Sequence record: SRR20825019_415
Reading direction: 5' to 3' (one strand)
Length of the DNA stretch: 45,540 nt
The notes beneath the pieces are model-generated. The model did not search any database, was not told where the DNA came from, and was given only the letters and a program-made list of their open reading frames with translations. Numbering within the stretch: position 1 is the first letter of the stretch; each line of letters begins with the position of its first letter. A program made the translations under genes and the position numbers. Shown one piece after another: positions 15,933-25,249 of this stretch.

Positions 15933-16514
15933 TTACACGTCCCACGGCTTTGGCACCCCGTGGTAGGCAACAATCGCCGCGTGATCCGGGACGCCTTTGA
16001 GGCAATGTACCTTGTAACTGACAACTTCCCGCCCGAAGCGCGACGGGGCACGTTTTAGTGCGGCGGCAATAAATCCCTGATCGCCCCAGCAATCGCGATG
16101 ACGGCACCGCGCCATTGCCCCGTGCGGATCCGCACGAAACGCCTCATAGACCTCTCCCGGTGCATCACCGCACCATCCCATCACACCGGATGCCGGAAGA
16201 TCGGGCCGGTAGAAATCCGACAGCATGGTAAATTCGCGCACCGCCAGCGGCGCGATATCACCGACCACATCGGTATCAAGATCAAGATAGATCACCGACC
16301 CGGCAAACAGGCCGGGACGAAACAATTCGATCTTGGCAAACCAACCCGGCCAATCGTGCAAAAGATCAATACGATCACAATCGACCGAAACGTCAGACAG
16401 GCACACAAATCGCGCCGATGGCGTCGCCGCTTTCACCTGACCCTGCAGGCGCGATACATGCCAAGCCTGGTATTGCCCGCCGCTTCGCAAAACGCTGACA
16501 ACGGTCAATCCCAT
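15933..16514 (-). CDS. GT-A fold glycosyltransferase (GT8-like)
   Basis: GWFAKIELF, IYLDLD (DxD), ASGVM, GDQGFI, YHGVPKPW. Confidence 0.82.
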   Translation of the reverse strand: MGLTVVSVLRSGGQYQAWHVSRLQGQVKAATPSARFVCLSDVSVDCDRIDLLHDWPGWFAKIELFRPGLFAGSVIYLDLDTDVVGDIAPLAVREFTMLSDFYRPDLPASGVMGWCGDAPGEVYEAFRADPHGAMARCRHRDCWGDQGFIAAALKRAPSRFGREVVSYKVHCLKGVPDHAAIVAYHGVPKPWDV

Positions 16515-17056
16515 GCGAAAACATAATCCTTGTTAAACCGCGCCACGCATCTTGCGCCCCATTCTTCCATCAGCCGATTGGCCGCAAAAGGCGCAACGCC
16601 GTATCGCTGGCAAAGCCCGTTTTCCTCGATCATGACAACCGGCCGGTCACGCAGGATTATCCGCATTGCGCCCAGCAAGGCGAACCATTCGTACCCCTCG
16701 ACATCCAGTTTGATAAAATCGACATCGGCAATATCAAACTGGTCTAGCCGCACGATTTCAGTGCCATTACCTAATGCGACATGGGTTTGCCCGGTATTTT
16801 CCGTGCCAGATTGCATCGAACAACGGCCCCGCAATGCACCAAGGGCGGATTGGCAGACAATCGCACGCGGGTCGATCTTCTGGCAAAGGTCAGTCGGCTC
16901 GAACGCATAAACCGTATCGAACCTGTCACACAAAACCGATGTAAAAATCCCGCGATGCGCACCGCCATCAACCGCCGTGCGCCAGTTTTTCACGAATTTT
17001 AGCGCACCTTTCAGATGGGCCATGTCGTGATGATCAGGAAGGTCTTTCAAGGTCAT
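16505..17056 (-). CDS. FkbM-family SAM methyltransferase
   Basis: VDGGAHRG, VYAFEP, VDFIKLDVEGYE, RPVVMIE. Confidence 0.88.
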   Translation of the reverse strand: MTLKDLPDHHDMAHLKGALKFVKNWRTAVDGGAHRGIFTSVLCDRFDTVYAFEPTDLCQKIDPRAIVCQSALGALRGRCSMQSGTENTGQTHVALGNGTEIVRLDQFDIADVDFIKLDVEGYEWFALLGAMRIILRDRPVVMIEENGLCQRYGVAPFAANRLMEEWGARCVARFNKDYVFAWD

Positions 17057-17097
17057 GCCACCAACCCACCCTCAGACTTGACCGACGGATTATAAAC

Positions 17098-17367
17098 TTA
17101 ATCCATCAGACTGATTTGCTCACCATCTTCGAACTCGATGGATTTGACACGTCGCCACTTTTCCACCCCGTCACGGAGAGGATTAACAAAGAACGCTGCC
17201 TCTCCACTGATTTCGATTTCAGCCATGGTTATGTATATTTTGGCACATGACGGCACATCGACCGAAATTCCCCACTCGACGGCAGAGACGCCACGCAGCT
17301 CGTGCCCATCAGCAGAAACAATCTTGGTTCCGTGTGGTGTGCCGTCTGAGGTAATTTTCACATCCAT
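17098..17367 (-). CDS. Hypothetical protein (89 aa)
   Basis: MDVKITSDGTPHGTKI...; SD GGAG; overlaps the upstream stop codon. Confidence 0.6.
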   Translation of the reverse strand: MDVKITSDGTPHGTKIVSADGHELRGVSAVEWGISVDVPSCAKIYITMAEIEISGEAAFFVNPLRDGVEKWRRVKSIEFEDGEQISLMD

Positions 17368-18005
17368 GGGATATTCTCCAACCCCATCCGGGGAAAACAT
17401 TCAAGCCGCGTGTGCCGTGACGCATTGATCACCTGCACCCCGGCCCGGTCCAGATCGGGCAGCATGGTTTCGAAATTGGCCCGCCAGCGGGCGAAATCGT
17501 GATCCTGCGGGTTGTTCAGACCCGTCGGATGGTCCCCGAACCAGTGACGTCGGCCGTCATCGGCCACCCCCATGTCATAGCCCAGCAGAATGATGCGTTT
17601 TGCCCCAAACAGCACCGCCAGATTGATCGCCTGATATCCGCCATTGGCCCCGCGATGGATCACCGGGGGATTTAACGATATCCCCGGTTCATCAACACTT
17701 GGCACATGGCGCAGGCCGTGTATCAGGCTGGCTTGGCGGTCCTGGGTCCATTTTTCGCCGTCGAAGGCTTTGACGCCGTTGTGGTGGTCCCACCATTTTC
17801 CGTCGCAGGCGTAGAGGACGTCTGCGCCGCCGGTTCCGTCGGCTCCGATGGCGAGGTGCCAGGCATTGTTGACGGCGATGATCCGGCATCCAGCAGATCG
17901 GGCGTATTCGATGTCTGATCGGTCAAGGCTGGGTCCGTTTGCGGCGATGCAGACTGTTTGTCCGCGCCAGCGTCCGGCCCATTCGACTTTTTTGTCGGTT
18001 TGCAC
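17358..18005 (-). CDS. DUF115/MAF-like or sialyltransferase-like glycosyltransferase domain
   Basis: CIAANGPSL, IIAVNNA, ADVLYACD, NGGYQAINLAVLFGAKRIILLGYDM, VINAS. Confidence 0.75.
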   Translation of the reverse strand: MQTDKKVEWAGRWRGQTVCIAANGPSLDRSDIEYARSAGCRIIAVNNAWHLAIGADGTGGADVLYACDGKWWDHHNGVKAFDGEKWTQDRQASLIHGLRHVPSVDEPGISLNPPVIHRGANGGYQAINLAVLFGAKRIILLGYDMGVADDGRRHWFGDHPTGLNNPQDHDFARWRANFETMLPDLDRAGVQVINASRHTRLECFPRMGLENIPWM

Positions 18006-18178
18006 CGCCCGGTTTCCTCGGCAATGTCGGCAACACGCTGCGGCACCTGCCCGTCACCAACCGCCGCGCCATCGGCCACGACTTCATAGATGCCAGGCTG
18101 CACATCGCGCGGATGCATTTCACCGTTAAAGCACGCCTTGAATGCACGGGTAATCTGGATTTTTGCGAGTTTTGCCAT
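17723..18178 (-). CDS. Small head-operon protein with a Ser/Thr/Pro-rich tail overlapping the downstream GT-like gene
   Basis: ATG after the cement gene; about 64-aa N-domain plus an 87-aa tail with 42 S/T/P, 1 Arg and no Cys/Trp. Confidence 0.7.
   Translation of the reverse strand: MAKLAKIQITRAFKACFNGEMHPRDVQPGIYEVVADGAAVGDGQVPQRVADIAEETGRCKPTKKSNGPDAGADKQSASPQTDPALTDQTSNTPDLLDAGSSPSTMPGTSPSEPTEPAAQTSSTPATENGGTTTTASKPSTAKNGPRTAKPA
17987..17993 (-). other. Candidate -1 frameshift site A_AAA_AAG
   Basis: ACA AAA AAG in the frame of the 18178 ORF; the -1 frame is the GT-like ORF (AAA AAA GTC GAA TGG). Confidence 0.55.
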
Positions 18179-18185
18179 ATTAAAA

Positions 18186-18213
18186 CAGGGTGCCCGACCC
18201 ATCGGACACCCTG
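18186..18213 (-). terminator. Hairpin/terminator after the cement gene
   Basis: Minus strand cagggtgtccga-tggg-tcgggcaccctg followed by tttt. Confidence 0.6.
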
Positions 18214-18244
18214 CCTTTCACTTCAAATTACGTCAGATCGGCGA

Positions 18245-18718
18245 TCAGTCAGAAGTCGGCGCCAGCGCAGGATTGCCCAGCACGGCCACGAATGCCATCG
18301 GCGTTGCACCAGGCGTGTTTGCCGCGGTTGCGACCACACGGACATAGCGTTTCGTGCCAATATAGCCGACGCGATAAACCGTATCGTCCTCGGCGGCGTC
18401 ATCAACTGTCAGGAACACACCGGTTGAAGCATTTGGCGCAGTAACCGGCGATTTTGCCGACCCGACCAGCACATCATTGGCATCGGTCACATCGGTAAAA
18501 TCGGATGACTGGCTGTCACTGTGCTGCAGCTTGAACGCCCAGGACGGCTGCGGCGAGTTGGCGATATTTGCGACCGCCCCGACGCTGATCAGGAATTCCG
18601 ACGAAGAAAAACCGGCAAGATCAACGCCATTTGTCGGCGTCACGGTTGCGGTTGGTGCCCCGACATAGTGCGACACCGCCTTGATATTGGAATGAAGATC
18701 ACGACGGATCATATCCAT
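18245..18718 (-). CDS. Capsid cement/decoration protein
   Basis: Directly after the MCP; NGVDLAGF, LQHSD, VGYIGTKRYVRVV (beta-rich). Confidence 0.72.
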   Translation of the reverse strand: MDMIRRDLHSNIKAVSHYVGAPTATVTPTNGVDLAGFSSSEFLISVGAVANIANSPQPSWAFKLQHSDSQSSDFTDVTDANDVLVGSAKSPVTAPNASTGVFLTVDDAAEDDTVYRVGYIGTKRYVRVVATAANTPGATPMAFVAVLGNPALAPTSD

Positions 18719-18746
18719 TCTCCTTTGATGATAAATAAAAAGGCAA

Positions 18747-18771
18747 TGACCGGCTGTTTAACAGCCGGTCA
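18747..18771 (-). terminator. Inverted repeat after the MCP gene
   Basis: tgaccggctgtt-t-aacagccggtca followed by a T-rich tract on the minus strand. Confidence 0.6.
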
Positions 18772-18782
18772 CGTGTCACAAA

Positions 18783-20168
18783 TCAGGAAGCAGAAGCCTT
18801 GACCAACTTGATCGCATCGAAGTTGCGAACATCGCCGCCTGTACGCTTCGCAATATAGAAGCCGACATAAGGCTTGTTGGTAAGGTTATCGCGGATCAAA
18901 CGGAAGCCCGAACGATCAATGATCTTGTAGCCCTGCTGGAAGTTGCCGAACGCGATAGAGAACGAGTCCGCGCCAAGATCAGGCATGTCTTCCAGATTGG
19001 TGATCGGGCAACCGTGGATATCGAACTGCAACGCGCCTTCAATCTGGCTCATGCCGATCAGATAACGGCCTTCCGCATCTTTCAGCTTGCGGATTTCCGC
19101 CTCGACCGTGCGGTTCATCGTCCAGCGCGCACCCGCGCGATAGTTCGGGTGAAGGGCAGCGATGGTATCGATCAGACAGTTGGCGTTTGCCGCCCCGTTG
19201 GTAAGGGACGGGAACGCGCCAGCGTCACCCATCGGGATATATTGCAACTTGCCCCATGCCCGACCGGCCTTGTCGGTGGTGGTAACAGCGGTATCCTTGT
19301 AAGCAAGGAAGCCTTTCGGCTTCATGACGCCATCGCCGCCGACAAACGCGGTGTTTTCAACGCGGCCCATTTCGTCCTGCGTTTCCTGCACCAGCCAGCC
19401 TTCGATATCAAGGCTGGCATCGTCCAGCATGTCCTGGGTGATTTCAGGATAGGCATACTGTTCATGCACTTCGATGCGCTGGGTGCCAACCGTCGGCGTA
19501 TCGGTCGCCGGACGCGCCGAACGCTCCCCGACCCAGCCGCCTGATGTACCCTTGCTGGTTTTGTAAGGCGCAGTCCAAGCGGAAGTTCCAATCGTGGTTA
19601 CGCTGGAAATCTGGCGCATCGGCGAGGTATCAAAGATACGCTGCACCATTTCGGTGGAAACCTCGGTCGGCACGAAATAGCCGCCTTTCGGATCGGAACC
19701 AACCGAAAGCGCATTGCGGATTTCCGGCGCTAGGTTATCAACATTGCCCTCGCGACGCACCAGCGTATCAAAGGCTCCGCGATATTCCTGATAGGCTTCA
19801 ATATCGGCGGCATCACCAACCGCTACCCGTTTGCCACGCGCCAAAGTCATGAAACGCGCGGCATTCTGTGCCAGTTCTGCACCATCGCCACCACCAGGAC
19901 CACCGATCAGGGCGCGCTGGGCGGCTTTCTGCGCCGTTTCCAGCGCAGCTTTGAGTGCGGTGATTTCGGTATTCATGTTGTCGACGGTTTCGCTGTTGGC
20001 CTTGCCTTTCAGCGCTGCGTCGTTTTCGGCCCGCATCTGCGTCATCAGGCCCTCGATCTTGGCGACAATCGCCTTTGGATCGCTCAAATCCGGGTTCGGC
20101 GTCGGCTCTGGACCGTTGAAAGCGGTGATCGCCACCGACACAGCCGCATTTTTAACAATCGCGTTCAT
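18783..20168 (-). CDS. HK97-fold major capsid protein
   Basis: Delta-domain-like coiled N-terminus; GGYFVP, GDGVMKPKGFL, IAFGNF, KRTGGDV. Confidence 0.95.
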   Translation of the reverse strand: MNAIVKNAAVSVAITAFNGPEPTPNPDLSDPKAIVAKIEGLMTQMRAENDAALKGKANSETVDNMNTEITALKAALETAQKAAQRALIGGPGGGDGAELAQNAARFMTLARGKRVAVGDAADIEAYQEYRGAFDTLVRREGNVDNLAPEIRNALSVGSDPKGGYFVPTEVSTEMVQRIFDTSPMRQISSVTTIGTSAWTAPYKTSKGTSGGWVGERSARPATDTPTVGTQRIEVHEQYAYPEITQDMLDDASLDIEGWLVQETQDEMGRVENTAFVGGDGVMKPKGFLAYKDTAVTTTDKAGRAWGKLQYIPMGDAGAFPSLTNGAANANCLIDTIAALHPNYRAGARWTMNRTVEAEIRKLKDAEGRYLIGMSQIEGALQFDIHGCPITNLEDMPDLGADSFSIAFGNFQQGYKIIDRSGFRLIRDNLTNKPYVGFYIAKRTGGDVRNFDAIKLVKASAS

Positions 20169-21064
20169 CGCGTCATGCTCCGTTCAAGATTTTCGGAAAA
20201 GGCCGACAATTCGGCCCAGAATTCTGCGTTTTCGGCGTCATCACCAGCATCCCGCTGGTCATCTGCTTGATTTCCGCGCGCCGCCATTGCCTTGGCCTGC
20301 GCACGGGAATGCCCGGCATCCCGCAGGGCACGTTCGGTATCGCGAATGGTCGGTCCGGCTGACTGCGCGGTAAATCCGCGCAGCCCGTCCGGCACCTTCG
20401 CAAAACAGGAAAGATCAAACTTGGCTTTAGCTTCCTCGGCCTTGCCAACCACATCAGCAAAGCCGTTTTCACGGGCATCTGCCGCCGAAAGCCAGGTTTC
20501 ATCGTCCATCATTTCGACGATTTCGGCACGATCCATGCCGGTGCGCGCCGCATATGTGTCGGCAAGCGCCCCGTCGATCTGTTCCAGAACCGCTGCAACA
20601 TCGGAAATCGCGTTGCGATCCCCGACGGCCAGCGTCCATGCATTGTGGATCATGAAGAATGCGTTATCGGCGATGGTGATCTTGTCACCTGCCATCGCGA
20701 TCAGGGATGCCGCAGATGCTGCAAAACCCGTTACCTCGACCTCGACCCGCGCCTTATGCGCGACCAGATCGTTGAACATCGCAATGCCGTCGAAAACATC
20801 CCCGCCCGGCGAGTTGATCCGAAGCCGGATCGTGCCGCCGGTCACATTCCTAAGCTGCTGGCGGAAATCCTTGGCCGAAACGCCCCAAAAACCGATTTCG
20901 TCATACAGATCGATTTCGGTGACATCCCCGGCGTTCTGCACGTCGAACACCCGGCCACTCGCCCGGTTAAAAAACGGGCGAGCGGTCGATTGTGTCAACC
21001 CGTCCGGCATTGCGATGGGCGCAGGCCCGTTAAAGAACCGCTGGCCGTTATTCAGTCGCCGCAT
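20165..21064 (-). CDS. ClpP-like (S14/S49) prohead protease
   Basis: INSPGGDVFDG, AASAAS, MIHNAW, ETWLSA. Confidence 0.93.
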   Translation of the reverse strand: MRRLNNGQRFFNGPAPIAMPDGLTQSTARPFFNRASGRVFDVQNAGDVTEIDLYDEIGFWGVSAKDFRQQLRNVTGGTIRLRINSPGGDVFDGIAMFNDLVAHKARVEVEVTGFAASAASLIAMAGDKITIADNAFFMIHNAWTLAVGDRNAISDVAAVLEQIDGALADTYAARTGMDRAEIVEMMDDETWLSAADARENGFADVVGKAEEAKAKFDLSCFAKVPDGLRGFTAQSAGPTIRDTERALRDAGHSRAQAKAMAARGNQADDQRDAGDDAENAEFWAELSAFSENLERSMTR

Positions 21065-22319
21065 TGTTCGCCTCCGCCTTACGGTTCATGCCTTTGAACG
21101 TGCCATCATCAGGCTGCATGTTGCTTTCGATAATGTAACCGTCACCACCCGCATCATCGCGGTTGTTCATTTCTTCCAATCCGCGCCACTCGTTCGGGTT
21201 GATCACGCCGTTGCGGCGCTGAATTGCCAGACCTTCCTGCCGTGACTTGAAATCACCACGCAGCAATGCATTGGTGTTGAACTTGCAGTAAAGGTCAGGA
21301 TCGCCCATAAGATCGCGCTGTGCGGCCTGTTCCCACGCCACCAGGTGCGGCATCAGACTGGAATTCACATATTCCAGCGATTGGTGTTCGATATTGCTGA
21401 ATGTTGCCCGGTCCAGATCGCCGATCTTGTGCGGCGGAACGCCAAAAATGCCGCAAATTTCGGTGCGGTTGAATTTACGGCTATCAAGATACTGCGCATC
21501 TTCCATAGTCAGGCTCATGGGGTTGTATTTCACCCCCTGATCCAGAACCGCAATGCGCCCGGTATTTTCGACGCCGCTATAAAGCGTTTCAAAGTCGGAT
21601 CGCATCGCTCTTTTGTCTTCTGGCCCGATTTTGGCCTCAGCTTCCAGAGTTCCGCTTGGCCGCGCCCCATTAGCAAAGAACCGGCTGCCATGTTCGCGGA
21701 GCGCAAGCCCATCGCCGATGGTTTCCCGGTAATGCGCCACCGTATTAAGCCCGGTAACACCATCATCCGACGGCCCGCGCAGGTGAAACACCTCTTTTTG
21801 CTCAAGGACAACGCGCCGTCCGTCCTTGCGGGTATATTCGTAGGTGATCGCAAGGGTGCGATCATCCTGCTTTGGCACCACACGATCCGGATGCAGGGGA
21901 ATAAGTTCCTGTATCCGGTTGCCAAATCCACGGACAATAAGAGCATAACCATTGCCGCGAAGCAGCTTCGCACGCTGCTGGAACTGCTTGAACTCGAACG
22001 CGGTCTGCCATTCGTTCGCGCGCACCTTCAACAGGCTGTAAAGCGGATCATCCTTTGCAGGTTCGCGGCGATCCCCCGTTTTCCGATACAGAACAAGCGG
22101 TAACGCCGCGATATCATCCTGAAGAACACGCACACACGAACCGACAGCAGCGAGTCGCGCCGCCGTGGTGTTATTGACCACCACACCGGATGACGAACGG
22201 GAATCGCCGACCAGTTCCCGAATGGCTTTTTCAAGCTCCATCGGGTCGGTGATGCGGTTTTCATTGCGGGGACGACCGCCAAGCCCGGTCAGTTGTCCAA
22301 GCTTACTAAACAGGCCCAT
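21048..22319 (-). CDS. HK97-family portal protein
   Basis: LLRGNGYA, FFANGARPSG, IFGVPPHKIG, FSNIEHQ, LLRGD. Confidence 0.95.
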   Translation of the reverse strand: MGLFSKLGQLTGLGGRPRNENRITDPMELEKAIRELVGDSRSSSGVVVNNTTAARLAAVGSCVRVLQDDIAALPLVLYRKTGDRREPAKDDPLYSLLKVRANEWQTAFEFKQFQQRAKLLRGNGYALIVRGFGNRIQELIPLHPDRVVPKQDDRTLAITYEYTRKDGRRVVLEQKEVFHLRGPSDDGVTGLNTVAHYRETIGDGLALREHGSRFFANGARPSGTLEAEAKIGPEDKRAMRSDFETLYSGVENTGRIAVLDQGVKYNPMSLTMEDAQYLDSRKFNRTEICGIFGVPPHKIGDLDRATFSNIEHQSLEYVNSSLMPHLVAWEQAAQRDLMGDPDLYCKFNTNALLRGDFKSRQEGLAIQRRNGVINPNEWRGLEEMNNRDDAGGDGYIIESNMQPDDGTFKGMNRKAEANNAATE

Positions 22320-22331
22320 CGGCTGCCCCCG

Positions 22332-24125
22332 TCAACCGAACATGCTGCCCGGCTCATATGAAATAACGTTGCTGTCTTCTTCTGCCGAAATCATCCGGCC
22401 CAGCGCCATCAGCATCGCGACCACGCCATCGATCTTGCGCATGTCCTTGCGGGTATCCGGCTTGATCGGGCGCATATTGCCGCTGTCATCCATCTTGACG
22501 GCGGTATTGGCGATCATCCAGTCCATGACAGGATTGCCGTCATGCGCAATAGAACCCTCAAGTACCAGCCGTTCCAACTCGCGGCACGGTGCCGCCATGC
22601 TGACGAAACCCTGCCCGCAGGCAACACACAGCACGTCACGTTCCTCAAGATGCTGGATCAACTGACCGGCGAAATACCGGTCATAATCTACTTCCATCAC
22701 CTCGAATTCGTTGATCAGGCCGGTATTGCCGGCGTCATCCCCGATAATGAAATGCTCTATGGCGTCATAGTTTGTTGCCGTGCCCTCGGTCTGAAAAATC
22801 AAACCGTCGCGCAGCCAGACATCGTATGGCACCGCCTGATCTACCCGGCGTTTCTCAATCGTGCCGAACGGCACCCAGAAAAACGGCATGATCTTGACCG
22901 GTTCACCGGGATCAACAGGCGGAAACACCAGAACAAGGGCCGTAATGTCGCTAACCGCGCCGAAATCAAGCCCGATATAGCACCGACGCCCCCGCATGGA
23001 TGCGCGATCATATACAGTTTCGCAGGCGCGCCATTTCTCGATATCGAGCCAGATTTCCGACGTCTGGCTCCAGACATTCAGATAAAGCCGCATCTTCGAC
23101 GCCAAGGCAGACGGGTTATCTTCCGCCTCCTTGAATTCGGCTTTAAGGCCATCGGCGAACACCGAAATTCCGTAATTCGGGTTGGCTTTTTTCCAGCTTA
23201 TTTCGTCAAACGGGTCATCGCCGGGATCGATCGAACAGATAAACCCGAACCAGCCATCGTTTTCGAACAGCCCTTTCAGGACATTGACCGTGTAATCATG
23301 ATGTTCGCGGCAGATCGAATGCGGATCCGCACCAGCCGTGGTGATTTCCACCGTCAATGGCTGTTCGCGGGCACCTGTCCCTGTACGCAGAACGTCAATC
23401 AGCAACCGGTTGGGATGCGCATGGACCTCATCAATGATGTTGCAATGGCTGTTCAGACCATCCAGACGCTTGCCGTCCGCCGAAATATACTTGAACACCG
23501 AAAATGATTTCGGATGCTCCATGTGATGCGCCCGTTCCCGGACGCGCTTGCGCAAAACCGGGCTGGTGCGCGCCATTTTGGCGGCTTCATCAAAAACAAT
23601 CTTCGCCTGGTCGGCCTTGGTGGCGGCGGCATAGACCTGCGCGCCCGGCTCACCATCGGCGACCATCATGTAAAGCCCGATGGGCGACAGGAACGTCGAC
23701 TTGCCGTTTTTTCGCGGCACCTCGATATAGGCCATGCGAAACCGGCGCTTTTGGGTCGATTCCCACAGCCAGCCAAACATTACGGCTGTGCAAAACGCCT
23801 GCCAGTTCGCCAGTTCAAAGACCTGCCCGCCCCATTTCCCCGTGGAATGCCGCAGATATCCGAAAAACCGGATCGCATGATCGGCACGCGGGATCGAAAA
23901 ATAAAGCCCGCGCTTCGGACCATAGACCAGATCGTCAAGATGGCGCTGGCATGCGGCAATCCGCAGCTTGCAGGCCGGTATTTTTCCCTCGACAACATCC
24001 AGCGCATAGATCGTGCTGACATGGCCAAGCACCGCTTCGGGCACCTTCTTTGCCAGCACGGCACGGGTAACCTTGCGGGCTTTGCGTTTACGTGACCCGG
24101 TTGCTTGCGAAGTCGTCGAAGTCAT
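22332..24125 (-). CDS. terL: Terminase large subunit
   Basis: VPRKNGKS (Walker A), IIDEVH (Walker B), ITTAG, KANPN, GLDFG, KIDGVVA. Confidence 0.96.
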   Translation of the reverse strand: MTSTTSQATGSRKRKARKVTRAVLAKKVPEAVLGHVSTIYALDVVEGKIPACKLRIAACQRHLDDLVYGPKRGLYFSIPRADHAIRFFGYLRHSTGKWGGQVFELANWQAFCTAVMFGWLWESTQKRRFRMAYIEVPRKNGKSTFLSPIGLYMMVADGEPGAQVYAAATKADQAKIVFDEAAKMARTSPVLRKRVRERAHHMEHPKSFSVFKYISADGKRLDGLNSHCNIIDEVHAHPNRLLIDVLRTGTGAREQPLTVEITTAGADPHSICREHHDYTVNVLKGLFENDGWFGFICSIDPGDDPFDEISWKKANPNYGISVFADGLKAEFKEAEDNPSALASKMRLYLNVWSQTSEIWLDIEKWRACETVYDRASMRGRRCYIGLDFGAVSDITALVLVFPPVDPGEPVKIMPFFWVPFGTIEKRRVDQAVPYDVWLRDGLIFQTEGTATNYDAIEHFIIGDDAGNTGLINEFEVMEVDYDRYFAGQLIQHLEERDVLCVACGQGFVSMAAPCRELERLVLEGSIAHDGNPVMDWMIANTAVKMDDSGNMRPIKPDTRKDMRKIDGVVAMLMALGRMISAEEDSNVISYEPGSMFG

Positions 24126-24576
24126 CGAACAAATCACCCTGCCCTACGGCACTGTTCAACGCCCGCGCGGCACTCGGCGTCATGCCGAATTCGGCAAAAA
24201 GACGCAGTGCGGTGCGCCGGGTTTCGTTGAACTGCGCGACCTCCGGCCGTGATTTCATCTGTTTTCCGTTGCGCCCGAATACCTCATAGGTCTCCCCAAG
24301 CGCCCGGAAGGCGTCTCGATATTCCGCCATCTTCGCCAGGCAATGGCACAACTCGACCAGCGACCACACGAACAGCGGGTCAAGGCGGTTCCTTTCCGCT
24401 AGCGCGGGTGCCACATCATCCCAGAAACGCGCCACATCTTTCGGCATGCCAGACGGCTTCAACGCCGCCGCCTGTTCAGCAGATTCGCGCTTGCGCGCTT
24501 CTGGATCGCGACTGCGACCATCAACGGTCAGCGGTATAACGTTATCTTTGATATCCGGCTTTCGTCCGCGCGCCAT
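24088..24576 (-). CDS. terS: Terminase small subunit (P27 family)
   Basis: MARGRKP, RPEV, EFGMTPSAAR. Confidence 0.9.
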   Translation of the reverse strand: MARGRKPDIKDNVIPLTVDGRSRDPEARKRESAEQAAALKPSGMPKDVARFWDDVAPALAERNRLDPLFVWSLVELCHCLAKMAEYRDAFRALGETYEVFGRNGKQMKSRPEVAQFNETRRTALRLFAEFGMTPSAARALNSAVGQGDLFDDFDDFASNRVT

Positions 24577-24659
24577 GTCATCACCTCATCGACGGAAATC
24601 ACCCTGTTCCCAAGGCTGCCCGGCTTCATGACCAAGGGCTTTTCCTGATGGGTTTTTCC

Positions 24660-24740
24660 TTTTCAATTTCCCACGCACAAACACGTGACCACCCAGTCGG
24701 TCGTGGGTGGTTGGGGGCTAGGGATTTGACCCTCCCCCAC
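24660..24740. other. Putative cos region
   Basis: Between HNH and terS; GGGGAGGGTCAAA...GACCG...GAAATT layout on the minus strand with dyads ACCACCCA/TGGGTGGT and GACC/GGTC; exact cut site not determined. Confidence 0.5.
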
Positions 24741-25116
24741 CCTGGGCGACGCTGCGCCCGAAAGCGCCATCCTCGGTCGCCGTCTTGACATCATGGTGAT
24801 GCTTGCAAAGCGGCTGCCAGTTCGACCGCCGCCAGAACAGCTTCTGATCACCCTTGTGCGGCACGATATGGTCAACGACCGATGCCGCCGTCACCATGCC
24901 ATCCGCCTCGCAGCGACAGCACAGTGGATGTTCTTTCAGGAATGCTTCACGCGCCTTGCGCCATTTCGAAGTGTATCCCCGATCATTGGATGACCCGCGC
25001 CGCTGATCATCGCGCTTGCGATGTTCCTGCTTATGCGCGGCGCAGTATCGCTCCCCCGGTTGCGCCAGCCGACCACACCGGGCCAAGGCACAGGGCTTGG
25101 TCGGTAGTGCAGGCAT
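24718..25116 (-). CDS. HNH endonuclease (terminase-associated)
   Basis: RGYTSKW...HPLC..C...VVDHIVPHKGD...NWQPLCKHHH. Confidence 0.9.
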   Translation of the reverse strand: MPALPTKPCALARCGRLAQPGERYCAAHKQEHRKRDDQRRGSSNDRGYTSKWRKAREAFLKEHPLCCRCEADGMVTAASVVDHIVPHKGDQKLFWRRSNWQPLCKHHHDVKTATEDGAFGRSVAQGGGGSNP

Positions 25117-25249
25117 GGACACCTCGCAAAAGACTGCGGCGGCGTCCCGAAGGATCACCGCCGCCAAGTCTGAGACATTCAGGGAGAAAACATCCAATGT
25201 GCATAGGCCATCATCAACCGGATACACTGGGAGACATCAACCACCAAAG

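Noticed and set aside
15933-18005. Gtr-type O-antigen conversion or DNA glucosylation role for the GT cassette
   Set aside because: No flippase or membrane GT, no hydroxymethylase or modified-base pathway nearby, and the genes lie in the late head operon; disfavoured but not excluded
20165-21064. Host clpP gene
   Set aside because: Lies between portal and capsid genes, so it is the prohead protease
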